Assembly: GCA_951406725.2 (NCBI GenBank)
Contig: OX597819.1
Location: forward strand, 56,172,001 to 56,236,000
Length of the DNA: 64,000 nucleotides
Direction: 5' to 3'
Source of the DNA: Octopus vulgaris
Taxonomy: Eukaryota
Part shown: piece after piece, positions 24,990-37,679 of the stretch
Layout: each line of letters opens with the position of its first letter
Numbering within the stretch: the first letter of the stretch is position 1
Notes under the pieces: model-generated
The model's input: the letters and a program-made list of their open reading frames with translations, nothing else
Database searches by the model: none
Told to the model about the DNA's origin: nothing
Translations under genes and position numbers: made by a program

Positions 24990-26075
24990 TCCATCAGTCA
25001 AACGGCATTTCGTTTGACCGATCTACAGGGAAGGTCAGGGAGAGCAGGAGATGCAGTAAATGACGTTACTGGAAGTGCAGGGAAACGAGTCGATGATGTG
25101 ATAAGGACGATGATGGGTGCCTGTGAGGATGGTGGTGTTGGAGAGCTAGGGGCAGATGAGACAGCATGAGTGGGAGCAGGTGAACGAGTCAGGCTGGGAG
25201 GTGGGATTGTCACGCAGGTTATGGACCCGTTTGAAGAGGGAGGGGGTAGATTGGAGATGTGCGAGGTGGCAAGGTCGGACTGGAGTTGCCGGAAGGCTCG
25301 GAGAATGGTGGATTGGAAGAGCAGGATGGAGGGGTGGTAAGTGAGAGCAAACGGGAAACGGGCAACGGTGGGGCGGGTGTGAGGAGAAATAGCAGTGGCA
25401 TGGTCCACAGGTCATGCCCTGGCAAGGAGAGTGTGGATAGTGGTGAGAGGATATTCACGTAGGATGAAGTGGCGAGCCAGGAGTTGAGACTGAATCTCAG
25501 TCATGGTTGTCGCCGCAGAGCCTGCGCAGACGGAGAAATTGGAAAGTAGGCCATGGAGAGCTTGATGTGGGTAGGGTGGGACGAGGAGAAGTTAAGGCAG
25601 GAGTGTGAGTCAGGGTGTTTGTAGTGGATGGAGGTAGTGAGAGCTGCGTTGTGTATTCTGACAGAAATGTCGAAGAATTCGACGGAGAGTTAGAGATAGT
25701 GCAGGAAAATTTGAGGGCTCCTGGAAGGATTGGACGAAAGCGATGAAAGTGTCTAGCTGTTCGCGGGAGAGTGAGGTCGCACCGATACAGTCATCGATAT
25801 AACGACCGTATAGCTCGGGAGTGGGACCAGTGAATTGCGAGAATATTTGGGCCTCAACGTAGCGAACGAGCAATTTCGTATATTTGAGGCCCATTCTCGT
25901 TCCCATGGTCACCTACGCCAACTATTGGTAAAAATGCCCCGCGAACGAGAAACATTTGAGGGAGAGAACAAGTTCGGCAAGACGAAGAAGTGTGGACGTG
26001 CAAGGCTGGAGGTCAGGTCGAAGGTCCAGAAAGTGTTTTACTGTTTTAGTTTTGGGGACTGTAACCATGCCTGGG
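24990..26075 (-). mobile_element. Penelope-like element (Neptune-like) RT-thumb-GIY-YIG fragment, frameshifted
   Basis: [17 protein letters not shown]; MGTRMG; YGRYIDDCIG; SSSHPTHIK..QFLRLRRLC; FALTYHP; TSSNVIYCISC...IGQT; visibly GC-richer than its flanks. Confidence 0.9.
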
Positions 26076-26192
26076 CACCTCCTACATGTGCATGCAATTG
26101 TGTGTACATATGCATATATATAAGCATATATATATGTAAACATATATCGCCCCACCACCGTACATGTCACTACGAGAGATTTAGAAATTCAA

Positions 26193-26305
<113 letters not shown>

Positions 26306-26319
26306 ACATATACATATAC

Positions 26320-26364
<45 letters not shown>

Positions 26365-26369
26365 TATGC

Positions 26370-26416
<47 letters not shown>

Positions 26417-26774
26417 TACGTATTTGTATGTGGATTGGTGAGCCTTTGTGTTCAAAAGACAAATGAACGGCAACACGCTCTAAAAAATATCCGGAACATT
26501 AGTATTTGATTTGTTACGTCAAACGTCAGTTGGTAATCATGACATTCTCATCTATTCATTATCATATCACGCTACAAAACATCCTTTTTTTAAATATACT
26601 CCGTATTACGTGCAACATGCGAGATATTTTTACAATGATCGATCTATCGATTGATCCATTTATCCATCCATCCATCTCTCTCTCTCTCTTTCTCCCTCTA
26701 TGTATGTATGTATGTATGTATGTATGTATGTATGTATGTATGTATGTATGTATGTATGTATGTATGTATGTATG

Positions 26775-26836
<62 letters not shown>

Positions 26837-26909
26837 ATCTATCTATCTACAAGTGTGTCGGAAACGAAAGAAAAAGGCACACAAAGATCTTGTAAGAGTT
26901 ACATATATC

Positions 26910-27093
26910 AGTTTCAAAATTTGACACAAGGTCAGCAATTTCCGAGGAAGGGAATAAGTGAATTAGATCGACTTCAGTGCTCAACTGGTACTTATTTTAT
27001 CGATCCCGAAAGGATCAAAGGCAAAGTCGATCTTGGCGAAATTTGAACTGAGAATATAAAGACGGGCAAAAAGATTTTGCCAACTCACCGCCC
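26910..27093 (-). mobile_element. SINE family A, degenerate
   Basis: Reverse match to the family A core. Confidence 0.8.
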
Positions 27094-27247
27094 AAAGGAG
27101 TTAGATGTATTATAATTTAAAACAGTTTGATTCAGTCCTATACAAAAAATTTCGTAGGACTTAGGCCGCTTGAACCCAAAGAGCTACATTCCTCTGACGA
27201 GCCAACTCTATGTTGCATGGGTGCAAACCATATTGTTTTAAATAATG

Positions 27248-27325
<78 letters not shown>

Positions 27326-27483
27326 ACACAAACCCGTGTCGGCTATTCTTAATTTATATTTTCTTTTTCTTATTTTTTCTCACTGTTATTACAGATTTTT
27401 AGGAAATGGAGCCATGTGTCACACATGCATCTGCATAATCCACTCTTAACAGACGAAAGAGAACGTGTGCAGCATTTGAGGAT

Positions 27484-28117
27484 TTAATCCGTTTGTCTGT
27501 CCTTGTTTGTCCTCTCTGTGTTTAGTCCCTTGTTTGTAGTAAAGAAATAGGTATTTCGTCTGCCGCTACGTTCTGAGTTCAAATTCAGCCGAGGTCGACT
27601 TTGCCTTTCATCCTTTCGGGGTCGATTACATAAGTACCAATTACGCACTGGGGCCGATATAATCGACTTAATCCGTTTGTCTATCCTTGTTTGTCCTCTC
27701 TGTGTTTAGCCCCTTGTGGGTAGTAAAGAAATAGGTATTTCGTCTGCCGTTACGTTCTGAGTTCAAATTCCACCGAGGTTGACTTTGCCTTTCATCCTTT
27801 CGGGGTCGATAAATTAAGTACCAGTTACGCACTGGAGTCGATGTAATCGATTTAATCCTTTGTCTGTTCTTGTTTGTCTCCTCTGTGTTTAACCCCTTGT
27901 GGGCAATAAAGTAATAAGAAATGTTAGCACGCCGGGCGAAATGCCAAACAGTATTTCGTCAGTCTTTATGTTCTGAGTTCAAATTCCGCCGAGGTCGACT
28001 TTGCTTTTCATCCTTTCGGGGTCGATAAATTAAGTATCAGCTGCGTACTAGGGTCGATCTAATCGACTGAACCTCTCCCTCCAAATTTCGGACCGTGTGC
28101 ATAGAGTAGAAAAGAAT
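27484..28117 (+). repeat. Head-to-tail tandem array of SINE family A modules (~180-bp period)
   Basis: Three cores and three ttaatcc(g)tttgtctgtcc tails; the last unit ends in the alternative tail ...agagtagaaaagaata. Confidence 0.92.
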
Positions 28118-30251
28118 ATATTGTGAGTTTGGCTTATTGTGTTTAACTTTGTATTTTCGGACGTCATGTTGATTGTTTAAAGAATTATTTTATTGTTAAT
28201 ATGTTTATAATTTGAAGCTCTTGTCTGTAAACCTTATCCTTTACCTTAGAAAATTGTTTTCATTTTGTATTTACACAGCGTGGTTTATTCTTTAATCGCC
28301 ATGAAATGTTTTATTCTAGGATATGTTTATACTTCTGAGAAAACAAGTGTACACTCACTTCTTATCCGTAACAACTACATCAAGAAATAAAAAATACAGT
28401 GACAAATCGAATATATGAAGAGGAGCCTACTGAGGGAAACAAATAGATCGATCTCACATGTTAAAAAACACTTAAAACGTATGATAAATATTTTGGGAAT
28501 GCTACATCAAACGAAAAGTGGAAGTCGTAGAAGTAAGAGAGAGAAAGAGGAGGGAGAAAATCTCAACAAAACACAACGTATTAGGACATTTGAGAAACGT
28601 AAATGTTGAATTCTATGAATGAAGCCTTAAAACATTTCATAGAAAATTAAATAAGTCAAATACTAAGATAAAAGAGAATCACCACGAAAACTAGAAATAG
28701 AGAAATATTGTGGTAATCTGCTAGTAACAACAAAAAAAATCAATCTTTACGAATAACAATGGCGATTCAGCATAAATACAACTTAAAGATCAAGACCGTT
28801 GGAGTATATCTACCGAGATAAGGACCATATTATTTACGCAAGTAAAAAGAAGAAAGCTCCTGAAATCGACAGAAAATAAAACTTATTGAGATATCTCACA
28901 GTTACAAACAAGAATCTTCTACGTGTTTTCTTCAGCACGGGGAAGAGTTAAAACTAATACAGAGTTAAGTCTTAACATATTTAATGCTTGGAATATTACC
29001 TATATAACTAGAAATCAGTATGTTGTAAGGAAGAATTGTTAGTCAAAAGCATATACTATTTTGTTTCCACAAATATGGGAGACAACTTCAGATTCGTTTT
29101 AAATTTATTATAACCTCATCAGCGATTAAAAATCATCACTGTTTATGCCAAAGTAGGGGATGATATAATCAATAAAAATCGGCACATGATTGACCAAAGA
29201 AAATATACTGGTTTAGAGAATTAAAAAGCAGATACACTATCGACACGAAAAACAATATTTTAGCATAATTAATGGAGGGTGTACTACAAACTAATTAGAA
29301 ATGTGCTAAAGAAAAGAGAATATTAATAAACCTTTAATATTATTTTACTAATTGCATGAATAATAGACAACGTCTGGCATGTTTCGATCTTATTGTGACC
29401 TTATCATATCAGAGCGTTTATTTATTCTCTAAGCATTTATATTTTTGCGCGCCAATCAGAGTACAATACTGCATAATTTACTCATCGATTTTCCTAGCAT
29501 CCCTTCTGCAAGTGAGGTGGAGTCTAGAGTTCAGCGAAAGAAACAGAAATTCGGAATAAATGAAGCAGATGATATGTAAATTTTACAATTGCAGAAGTTA
29601 AAATAACAAGTTGATATGATTGGTGAATCTGATTAGTATTAGGAACAGAAAGAGCTAAAAGAATAACAACAAAACAATTAGCATAAACTCATTATCTTTC
29701 TCGGTAATTATGCAGAATTTCCCTATAATCTCCGGGAAATTAAGTGAGATAAGAAACATGAATACAAAATCTAAGATACTTATAAAGTAATTAAAATACC
29801 ACATCCATAAAGTGTTTACCAGACGCGCGCGCGCACACACACACACACACACACATACACACACAAATACGGGCGTACACACATACAAGATGAGAAGAGT
29901 CATAGAAATAAAAGACTATAATTAAATAACCGCAACAGGATTACGAAAGCGTTTGAGAATAATGAGGCGAGTTGTTAAAGATGTTACGAATGAAGTAGAG
30001 AGCGGGAGGAGGAAAATACACTGATAACAAAAGTAATAAGCACTATACAAAGGTCAGAAATATTGGTAAAGAGTTGCTCATCAGCTGAAGAAAAAAGCAA
30101 AGAAAATGAAATACATGTAAAAAAAAAACAGAAAACAAAATAAAAATACAAAACAGAAAGTATGGCAAATTAGAATGTAATATAGATCATTACAAGAGTT
30201 GGCATTTGGCAATATCGGACAGAACTGAGGGAAATAGAGACGGGATGAAAA

Positions 30252-30466
30252 TAATATTTTCTACTGTAGACACAAGGCCCGAAATGTTGGGGGAGGTGCC
30301 AGTCGATTTGAGCGACTCCAGTACGTATCTGGTACTTAATTTATCGACCCCGAAAGGGTGAAAGTAAAAGTCGACCTCGGCGGATTTGAACTCAGAACGT
30401 AAAGACAGACAAAATACTATTAAGCAGTTCTCCTGGCGTGCTTAGCATTTCTGCCAGCTCGCCGCC
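30252..30466 (-). mobile_element. SINE family A, full length
   Basis: Reverse match from head (ggcggcgagctggcagaa) to tail. Confidence 0.9.
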
Positions 30467-30564
30467 TCAGAGATGGGATAAAAAATAATGCTCGCCTCAC
30501 TGCCTTGGGTTGACAAAAGCCTTGTGAGTGGACATGGTAGATACAAACACTGTGCGTGTGTGTG

Positions 30565-31230
30565 TGGAGTGAACTTTTAGGGCTTATAAATCTAATATTT
30601 TCCTATCCTTCCTCAATACTAGTTCCCATATGCTGTTCATAGCTGCACTCGGTATGCTTAGGAGATTGTTGTGTCCTAGCATATGTGCTACTTCTTTCAG
30701 TTTTCGTATTTTCTACTGGTGTTCTTAGTCTATTATTTTAACTTCATCCCACAGTGGGAGGTGGAAAAATGGAGACCACCTTCCCCTGTGGGATGAAGTT
30801 AAAATAATAGACAGAGAACACCACTGGAAAATACGAAAACTAAAAGAAGCAGCACATATGCTAGGACACAACAACCTCCAAAGCAGACCGAGTGCAGATA
30901 TGAACAGCATATGGGAACTGGTATTAAGGAAGAATAGGAGAATATTAGATTTATAAGCCCTAAAAGTTCATTCCATAATTGCCCACGAGGTCTACTAACC
31001 CCAAGATTCTGAGATCGATTCCAGGTAGTGACCTTAATAATGATAACATCGAAAAATACCTTAGGAATGAGAACCCAGATTCATAATTTCCCCAAGACAC
31101 CAGATGAAGGCTGCAGGGTATATCAGCCGAAACGTTGTGTTAACAACAAACAAGATGAAGACAAATATCCGTCAAATGTAAATAATGTAAAAAATGTACA
31201 TAATTTCTCATCTCTTAAATATAGAATTGT
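30565..31230 (+). mobile_element. 5'-truncated Penelope-like element: 200-bp inverted copy + GIY-YIG C-terminus + 3' UTR with hammerhead
   Basis: Arms 30565-30764 and 30776-30975; plus strand HLPLWDEVKIIDREHHWKIRKLKEAAHM...MNSIWELVLRK..* is a typical PLE endonuclease end. Confidence 0.85.
31096..31141 (+). ncRNA. Minimal type-I hammerhead ribozyme, core mutated (CAGATGA)
   Basis: Stem I GACAC/GTGTT; stem II GGCTG/CAGCC; GAAACGTT; the consensus with the 3327-3372 copy restores CTGATGA. Confidence 0.7.
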
Positions 31231-31424
31231 AAGAAAAACAGGGGTTCCAACCTTTTTGCGTCATCACCCACTTTCATATTGAAGAAATTTCCACTGCCCA
31301 CCTGTTTAGTAAAATTTTAAATGCATACCAAAAATGGCCGGTAAAAGTTCGTAAACTGACTTTTTACCATGTAGTAAAAATACCATACAGAGATAACAAA
31401 TGACTCTGACTTATGTGACTGCTA

Positions 31425-31740
31425 ACTGGCACTCCGTCTGTTACGATGACGAGTGTTCCAGCTGATCCGCTCAACGAAATAGCCTGCTCACGAACTTAAC
31501 GTGCATGTGGCTGAGCACTCCACAGACGCGTGTTCCCTTAATGTAGTTCTCGAGGAGATTCAGGGCAACACAGAACGTGACAAAGCTGGCCCTTTGCATT
31601 GCAGGTACTACTAAGTTTTGCTAACTGAGTGGACTGGAGTAACGAGAAACAAAGTGTCTTACTCAAGGACACGACGCGTCGCCGGGATTTGAACTCACGA
31701 CCTTGCGATCGTGAGCTGAATACGTCAACCACTAAGCCGG
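31425..31740 (-). mobile_element. tRNA-derived SINE, family C, with a different 3' tail from 7428-7717
   Basis: ggcttagtggttgacg..gagttcaaatccc..gtgtccttgagtaagacacttt; tail ctcgtcatcgtaacagacggagtgc also seen at ~35925-36004 (+). Confidence 0.8.
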
Positions 31741-32042
31741 TGTTGCTGGTACTTATTGAAGAAAAAGCAATGAAAGTAAGCTTATCCATTTAAAACCGCA
31801 TATTATTGAATTTAATTATAAAGGATAATAAGAATATAATTTAGTTTTATGGTTTGAGTTAGCGTTGCTAGTGATGATAAAAAATATGAAACAATTTTCG
31901 TTTCATAATTATAAAATTAAAAATAGTATACGTTACTGGCAACTAATAAAAATAATTCAGCGAATTATTATCTCATTTTTTAAAATTTTTGCTGTGTCTA
32001 ATACTTTTTCGGCGCTATTTTATCTTTGCACCAGCCAAAAAA

Positions 32043-32082
<40 letters not shown>

Positions 32083-32083
32083 T

Positions 32084-32153
32084 AAATGGCGGTGCCCCAG
32101 CATGGCCACAGATCATTAGCTGAAACTGGAAAGATCAAAAATCAAAAATCAAA
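32084..32153 (+). mobile_element. Extremely 5'-truncated CR1-type LINE tail
   Basis: aaatggcggtgccccagcatggccacag..gctgaaact followed by (tcaaaaa)n; matches 58001-58047. Confidence 0.7.
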
Positions 32154-32400
32154 TATATCGTTGTTGAAATCAGTCACTCGATGTTGAAAATAGTGCACGA
32201 CTTTTGTGCGTTGTCTTAACATCGATTGAGCGTATGGGAAATTCACGAAAGAGAATACAGAAGTTAATACGGGAAGCGCTCCTGTTTTCGAGCCTGTGGT
32301 GCGAAAGGTGAAATAGCACCTATTGTTTCTCCAACGAATGAATTCATGTAAATAACTTCGCTAAAACTACGACGTAACATTCATAACTAAATATATTAGA

Positions 32401-32912
32401 ACTAGCAGTATCGCCCGGCGTTGCTCGGATTTGTAACAGAAATAACTATATAAGCATTTTTAGAGAGTTACTTACCTTATAGATGCCAATTCGGGCTTTC
32501 TTAGCCATTTCTGTTTTGGTGTCTCCAAGCCATGAAGTCGTTGTTCTAAAAGAACGCTGGTCTCCTTGACAACGCTTTACGACGTTGATTTCCTTACACT
32601 CCCTTCCCCACAACTTCACGAGGGAGGGAAGACGGGGAGAAGCAAACAGGTGCAGGTGTGACCATGGACGCCAACTCCGCCGCCATCGACACATGAAAAA
32701 TTATGCATTAAAATGGAATAAAAAATGATGTTAAATTATTTTTAAAATCGTAGACTCATCGTAGACGCGCGCTAATACTCAGACGGGCTCGATATGAATC
32801 ACGACTATAAGATACCCGCTTTTGGTTAAACTGCACCGCAAAATGTGGGAGTAGTTAGGAATCTAAATCGAAGGGGACAGACACTCACACAACTACAGTT
32901 TTATATATATAG
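32401..32912 (+). mobile_element. Probable non-autonomous Helitron/Helentron-like element
   Basis: Starts actagcagtatcgcccggcgttgctcgg (subterminal hairpin) and ends acagacactcacac...ttttatatatataga, the layout of Lep1/HINE-type elements. Confidence 0.55.
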
Positions 32913-33207
32913 ATATAGTTTCAAATTGATAAAAAAAGATAACATGAAAATAATGACTAATTCAAGACAAATATGGTTTCAAATTTTAGCAGAAGGCCAG
33001 CAATTTTGGGAAAGTGGTTAAATTTCACTTAAATTAAATAAGTCAAATTTCACTTTACATTTTGCGCGAGTGCTAACGATTCCGCCAGCACTTATCTCAG
33101 ATTGTCCTAGAAAAGGGCTAATTTTGTGATATGCTTAGAGTAAAGCGATACAGAAATAAAAAAAAATTCCCGAACATTATGTATAACTAAAAATATTTTG
33201 TTCCAAC

Positions 33208-33580
33208 GTGCAGACATATGTATGTTGTTAAGGCGCTTGTTTTGCAGCCACGGGGCTTTGGGTTCAGTCCTGCTGCGCGGCACCTTTGGTGTCTTCTTCT
33301 ATTGCCTCAAGCCGACCATTACCTTATGAGTGAATTTGGTATACGGAAACTGAGTAGTGTGAGTATATAAATATATACGTACATATATATGTGTGTGTAT
33401 GGGTGAGGGGTTGTTTCTGTGTTTCCCCACTGCTGAATAATACTCGTAATCAATAAATAATTGAAAAGAAAAAAGGAAACTTTAAAAAGTAAGTACTTGG
33501 GTCGATTTATAAGACTAAAACCCTTCGAGGTGGTGCACCAGCATGGCCAGAATCCAATGAATGAAACACGTAAAAGAAAA
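33208..33580 (+). mobile_element. SINE family B, degenerate
   Basis: gggttcagtcctgctgcgcggcacc...ggtggtgcaccagcatggcc. Confidence 0.75.
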
Positions 33581-33881
33581 ATTTTAACTCCAAAACTCAC
33601 AATTATAGATCTATATCATATATCAATACTTGGTATATTTTGAATTTACTCTTTAATAATTTTGTTTAATCTTCTCATATATTAAGATATATAAAGCATT
33701 TAAGTAAACAATAATGTATTAAAGATTTGGAACGACTTTCCCTCGGCGCTTTCTTGTTTCACACTAAAATCATTGTTGTCATTTGTATATTCATGGACAT
33801 AAATTTAATATTAGGTAAAGTCGGCTTAATGAATAAAATATACAGGCTTACTGCATTATATACTTAATATTACTGATAGTA

Positions 33882-34286
33882 AGGCGGCGAGCTGGCAGAA
33901 ACGTTAGCACGCCGGGCGAAATGCCTAGCCGTATTTCGTCTACCGTTACGTTCTGAGTTCAAATTCCGCCGATGTCGACTTTGCCTTTCATCCTTTCGGG
34001 GTCGATAAATTAAGTACCAGTTACGCACTGGGGTCAATGTAATCGACTTAATCCGTTTGTCTGTCCTTGTTTGTCCTCTCTGTGTTTAGCCCCTTGTGGG
34101 TAGTAAATAAATGGGTATTTCATCCGAAGTTACGTTCTGTTAGGAGTTCAAATTCCGCCGAGGTCGACTTTGCCTTTCATCCTTTCGGGGTCGATAAATT
34201 AAGTACCAGTTACACACTGGAGTCGATGTAATCGACTTAATCCCTTTGTCTGTCCTTGTTTGTCCCCTCTATGTTTAGCCCCTTGT
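33882..34286 (+). mobile_element. SINE family A, full-length copy plus a tandem headless second unit
   Basis: aggcggcgagctggcagaaacgttagcacgccgggcgaaatgc (A box) ... gagttcaaattcc (B box). Confidence 0.92.
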
Positions 34287-34659
34287 ACACACACACTTAA
34301 TAGTATTCACACATACACACATATATATTTATCGTTGACATCCCCATTCGAAATAGTACACATACAAATATCTATCTATATGTGTGTGTGTGTGTGTGTG
34401 TGTATGTGTGTGTATATGTACGCACAAAAGTACACACATATATATGTATTTTTAGTAATATTAAGAAGAAATAGTAGAATGACAATATAAATTTGGTAAG
34501 TACCTGGGCAGGGAACTGTCGGGCCTTGAGTCACTCTCTTAATTTTGCTACATATTAAAAGAATATGTGCATGCAAATGGTTTGTGCTACATATATAAGC
34601 ATTCTATTTTGAATGATGACATCAACAAAAAATATATTTGTGTTTGTGTGTTTGTCTGT

Positions 34660-34712
34660 GTGCCCCAGCATGGCCACAGCTCGTGAGCTGAAACTAGAAT
34701 CAATCAATCAAT

Positions 34713-34716
<4 letters not shown>
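34660..34716 (+). mobile_element. Extremely 5'-truncated CR1-type LINE tail
   Basis: gtgccccagcatggccacagctcgtgagctgaaactag + (aatc)n. Confidence 0.7.
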
Positions 34717-34770
<54 letters not shown>

Positions 34771-34858
34771 ACAGATATATATATATATATTTATATATAT
34801 ATATCCACAGATATATATATATATATTTATATATATATATCCACAGATATATATATAT

Positions 34859-34922
<64 letters not shown>

Positions 34923-34939
34923 AGATAGATAGATAGATA

Positions 34940-35346
34940 GGCGCAGGAGTGGCTGTGTGGAAAGTAGCTTGTTTACTAACCACATGGTTCCGGGTTCAAT
35001 CCCACTGCGTGGCACCTTGGGTAAGTGTCTTCTGCTATAGCCTCGGGCCGACCAACGCCTTGTGAGTGGATTTGGTAGACGGAAACTGAAAGAAGCCTAT
35101 CGTATATATGTATATATATGTATATATGTGTGTGCGTGTATGTTTGTGTTTGTCCCCCTAGCATTGCTTGACAACCGATGCTGGTGTGTTTATGTCCCCG
35201 TCAACTAGCGGTTCGGCAAAAGAGACCGATAGAATAAGTACTGGGTTTACGAAGAATAAGTCTCGGGGTCGAGTTGCTCGATTAAAGGCGGTGCTCCAGC
35301 ATGGCCGCAGTCAAATGACTGAAACAAGTAAAAGAGTAAAGAGAGA
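34940..35346 (+). mobile_element. SINE family B, full-length reference copy (tRNA head, ccttgggcaag-type core, internal TA/TG tract, LINE-like tail)
   Basis: ggcgcaggagtggctgtgtgg (A box), gggttcaatccc (B box); at least 12 other full or partial copies in the window. Confidence 0.93.
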
Positions 35347-35368
35347 ATGTATATATATATATATATAT

Positions 35369-35800
35369 GAAAAAACAAGTCAAGCTAGAAAATGCTAAAA
35401 TAATTTTATAAAGAACATTTCAGTACCGGTTTCCGCCATTTGAGACCTTTTCAATTGTAATAATTAAATAATTAAATTTAGAAAAATTAAAAGAAAAGTT
35501 TTTTAAAAGGAATATTTGTATAGTGTTCAAATATAAGTGGCATTTTCCTTGTTTCTGCCTTTCTCTGTCTCTCTTGTTTACTCTTGTGGGTTCAAAGTCG
35601 TCGTGAATTCTTGGTAGGGAAGAAGAAGAAGAAGAAGGAGGAGGAGAAGAATGGGAGGGAGAATTTGGGAGTGTCTTGATTGTCGTATTCTGACTAGTCA
35701 GTAGAGGTCAGCAGTTGCTGTTCAATTCATGAAAATATTTGTATTGAAAGGTTTGTTTATAGAATTTGCGTGGGTGTTATACTAAAAAGCATTTGTGATA
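35369..35800 (-). mobile_element. Probable PLE pLTR fragment with a degenerate hammerhead (35421-35456)
   Basis: Minus strand caa-TTGAAAA-ggtc tcaaat ggcg-GAAA-CCGG-TA-ctg; abuts (TA)n. Confidence 0.45.
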
Positions 35801-36299
35801 AACTTAGGAAGGAGAAGGGGGAGAAGAAGAAGAAGAAGAAGGAGGAGAAGAAGAAGAAGAAGAAGAAGAAGAAGAAGGGAGAATATGAATGAGTGGAAGT
35901 AGTCAGGTGTTGGATGACTTAAAGTTGGCATGTGAATTTCACAAGCAAGATGTTCAGATGATCGTATCAACAGGGATTCTCCTCGTCGTAACCGACGGAG
36001 TGCTCCTTCCTTCTATATATATATATATATACAATATATATATATATGTGAGTGTATGTTGGGAGAGAGACAGAAAGAAAGAGGGGGAGATGAGGAGGAA
36101 GAGCGGGGAGAGAGATATGTGTAGCAAATGTATCCCCATACGGGCATTTAGGTCTTTCAATTTTCTTACATTAAAGCTAGAAACGATTTGTTGATATCTG
36201 ATCTTTAGTATATAATACGCCGTATTCAATATCATAGATCGTCTATGACTGGCATTTTCTGAGTGTGTGTGTGAGGACCTTGTTCATGATATCGATGAT

Positions 36300-37000
36300 G
36301 TGGTTTTCTGAGAAGACATATTACAAAAGTGCAATGTTTTTACTCACATTTTAGCTATGAATGTTACGTTGGTGGTCTGTGTTCAACCATGGCACGCATG
36401 ACGTGAGAGGTATTAAGGTTAGGCTTAAATGAAGAGGAAATAGGTGTGGCTGAAGATTCGTTAAGTGGCAAACTGCTAGTGTACGAGTATACACTACTCT
36501 GGCGTTCTGCCCACGAACACTAGACATAACCCTTACATCTTTGGGTGTATAATTCAGCCGTTCTTTTAAATTATAACAATTTTGAATCTTAAATCATAAA
36601 ACTTCTACAGACACCTGGCTAGTCGTCAAAGACCTGCTTCAACGGTTACGATTCACAGCCGATGACCAATAAGAAGGATATGCACCCAAAGTTGCCCCAG
36701 TACTGCGAAAAGTCAGATTAATTCCTTAGTGCAAACCATATTTAATTAATTTTACAAATTAATTAATTTTCTAATTATGGTCCTCATCAAGTGATATGTA
36801 AATTACCTCAACCATTCTTTTGAGTTACAACATTTATTTTTAGTTCATAAAATCTTATTATACACCTTTCATTAACGATCTGCAGTTACGATTAAACTAT
36901 ACTTTCCTGACGAGGACTAATAAGATGGAAGCACACCGAGAATTGTCCCAAGACTGAAATACCACATTCAATCATCACTCCATTACATATTAATTATTTT
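36300..37000 (+). pseudogene. Possible highly decayed PLE GIY-YIG region and 3' UTR
   Basis: Broken motifs resembling CPLxGxC..Y, YIG, TxLAxxVxxL; a ctgacga word at ~36907. Confidence 0.3.
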
Positions 37001-37679
37001 TAGTTAACTATAAAAATTTAGGTGAAGGCGTAGATGTATAGTAATAAGTTTGTCCAACCCACATGGTCTCAGGTTATATATGTGTATATGTGCGTGTGTC
37101 TTTGTATCTGTGGTTCTTCCGGTGTTGGTGTGTTTACGCCCCCTCAACTTAACAGTTCATAAAAAGAGTGCGGTAGAATAAGTACCGGGCTTAAAAAAAC
37201 ATAATGAGTACTGGGCTTAATTAATTGGACTCTAATGACTGAAACAAGTAAAAGATAAAAGATAAGAAATGTCATTGTCGCACTCCCTATCTTTTCGACC
37301 ACAATTCAACATTTAGATAATTATTGTTCTCATCACTTGAAATGTATGTACATATGTACGTATGTGTGTGTGTGTGTGCGTGAGTTAAAGAGTAATGGTA
37401 AAATTGGTAGTGGTATTACAGCAGTTTACGTTCCGAATCCGAATACGGCCCGGGTTAACAGTTATTTCCCCTTCTCGAAATGTAATTGTGAAGACTGAGA
37501 GTTGACATCAGCAACTAAAACCCAACAATCAGTGCCCTAGTGTAGGTTCAGACTGCAATCAACATTATACATTTATATATAATTATTAAATATTACATTT
37601 CTATGCATGTAGGATATCCATATTTTGATTATCAAATGAGATAATTTCCAGTGTATACTGTATAACCATGCACACAAAT

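Noticed and set aside
27192-27232. Hammerhead-like words at 27194 (ctgacga), 36907, 38462 (ctgatga) and 61955(-)
   Set aside because: GAAA and/or stems I and III are missing; cannot be supported as ribozymes
27484-28117. CRISPR-like repeat array
   Set aside because: Units are ~180-bp SINE modules with no unique spacers; eukaryotic context and no cas genes
28300-29350. A-rich segment as decayed LINE coding sequence
   Set aside because: No motif could be read with confidence
34767-34858. Three 36-bp repeats (atccacagat-(AT)n)
   Set aside because: Ordinary minisatellite from slippage inside a TA tract
34940-35020. SINE heads as functional tRNA genes (also 6170-6247, 7428-7500, 33882-33970, 62802-62875)
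   Set aside because: A/B boxes are present but cloverleaves are incomplete and run into SINE bodies
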